Positions 63,464 through 64,000 of a DNA stretch of 64,000 bases are shown here, piece after piece. The notes below the pieces were generated by a model. The model made no database searches. It saw only the letters and a program-made list of their open reading frames with translations, and had not been told where the DNA came from. Each line of letters starts with the position of its first letter. Position 1 is the stretch's first letter. This DNA is from Desulfomonilia bacterium (lineage in GTDB: Bacteria > Desulfobacterota > Desulfomonilia > UBA1062), in assembly GCA_050014195.1 (NCBI GenBank), contig JBEKDT010000003.1, positions 128,001 through 192,000 on the forward strand, in the 5' to 3' direction. Made by a program: the position numbers and the translations under genes.

Positions 63464-63892
63464 CTAGAAATCAAGATTGGCCTTGATGATATCGCTAAAC
63501 TGCACAAATACCTCTGATCCATCCACATTGAGGATCACCTTTTCCCCTGTGAGGCCCTTGATTGTCCCCCGCAATATCCCCTCGGCTAGTTGAATTTTCG
63601 CCTTTCTCCCGGAAAAATGCTCAAAATCCCGTGCGGTCTTGAGCTTTCTGTTCAGCCCGGGGGAGGATACCTCCAGCCGGTAGGATCCATCTATGGGATC
63701 TTCGGTATCAAGGAGGAGACTCACCCTTCTGTTGACAGAGACACAATCGTCGAGCGTCACCCCGCCCGGCTTGTCGATGGTAAGCCGTAAGCTTTTCCCG
63801 GAAAACTCCAGCTCAATGAGCTCAAAGCCCATCATCGCGAGCTCCGGGTTTACCAGAGTGAAAAGCTTATCCATCAGTTCTCTTTCAATCAT
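63464..63892 (-). CDS. rimP: ribosome maturation factor RimP
   Basis: IDKPGGVTLDDC, YRLEVSSPGL.R.L. Confidence 0.95.
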   Translation of the reverse strand: MIERELMDKLFTLVNPELAMMGFELIELEFSGKSLRLTIDKPGGVTLDDCVSVNRRVSLLLDTEDPIDGSYRLEVSSPGLNRKLKTARDFEHFSGRKAKIQLAEGILRGTIKGLTGEKVILNVDGSEVFVQFSDIIKANLDF

Positions 63893-63896
63893 ACGA

Positions 63897-63924
63897 AATA
63901 AAAAAGTGGGCAAGTGCCCACTTC
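63897..63924 (-). promoter_or_regulatory. rimP leader terminator-like hairpin
   Basis: Minus strand GAAGTGGGC-ACTT-GCCCACTTTTTT just upstream of rimP. Confidence 0.7.
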
Positions 63925-63970
63925 ATCGCCTCCCTCGTTCTCGCAGTTCTGCTTCCCAAAAACGCTTCAG

Positions 63971-64000
63971 AGCGGGCAACGGGATTCGAACCCGCGACAT
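63971..64000 (-). tRNA. 3' part of a tRNA, probably tRNA-Gly (truncated by the window)
   Basis: ...GTCGCGGGTTCGAATCCCGTTGCCCGCT: T-arm plus Gly-type acceptor end; anticodon outside the window. Confidence 0.7.

Overview
This is chromosomal DNA from an anaerobic deltaproteobacterium-like organism (Syntrophales/Desulfomonilia-like by gene content, which is an inference). Most of it is housekeeping: probable Re-citrate synthase, hisS-aspS, recO-glyQ-glyS, uvrD/pcrA, lepB-pyrR-pyrB-pyrC, rfbB-rfbD, truA, rimP-nusA-infB-rbfA-truB-rpsO-pnp, two complete tRNAs and one partial tRNA. Accessory content includes a LIV-type ABC/acyl-CoA ligase operon, a copper P1B-ATPase, a 5-PAS two-component system, a TPM/LemA operon and a stand-alone type IV pilin. 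I saw no CRISPR array, integrase or transposase. Three signals stand out. (1) A 588-aa ORF at 42970-44736 carries the GAPDH signature motifs in a rearranged order, with the normal C-terminal third placed before the catalytic Cys. (2) A complete Phe-codon leader-peptide attenuator (leader, antiterminator, terminator) precedes the ABC transporter/phenylacetate-CoA-ligase-like operon. (3) A perfect GacA/UvrY-type box lies just downstream of a GacA-like regulator and upstream of a candidate ~90-nt sRNA with an exposed anti-Shine-Dalgarno seed. All calls come from reading the sequence by eye; no searches were run.
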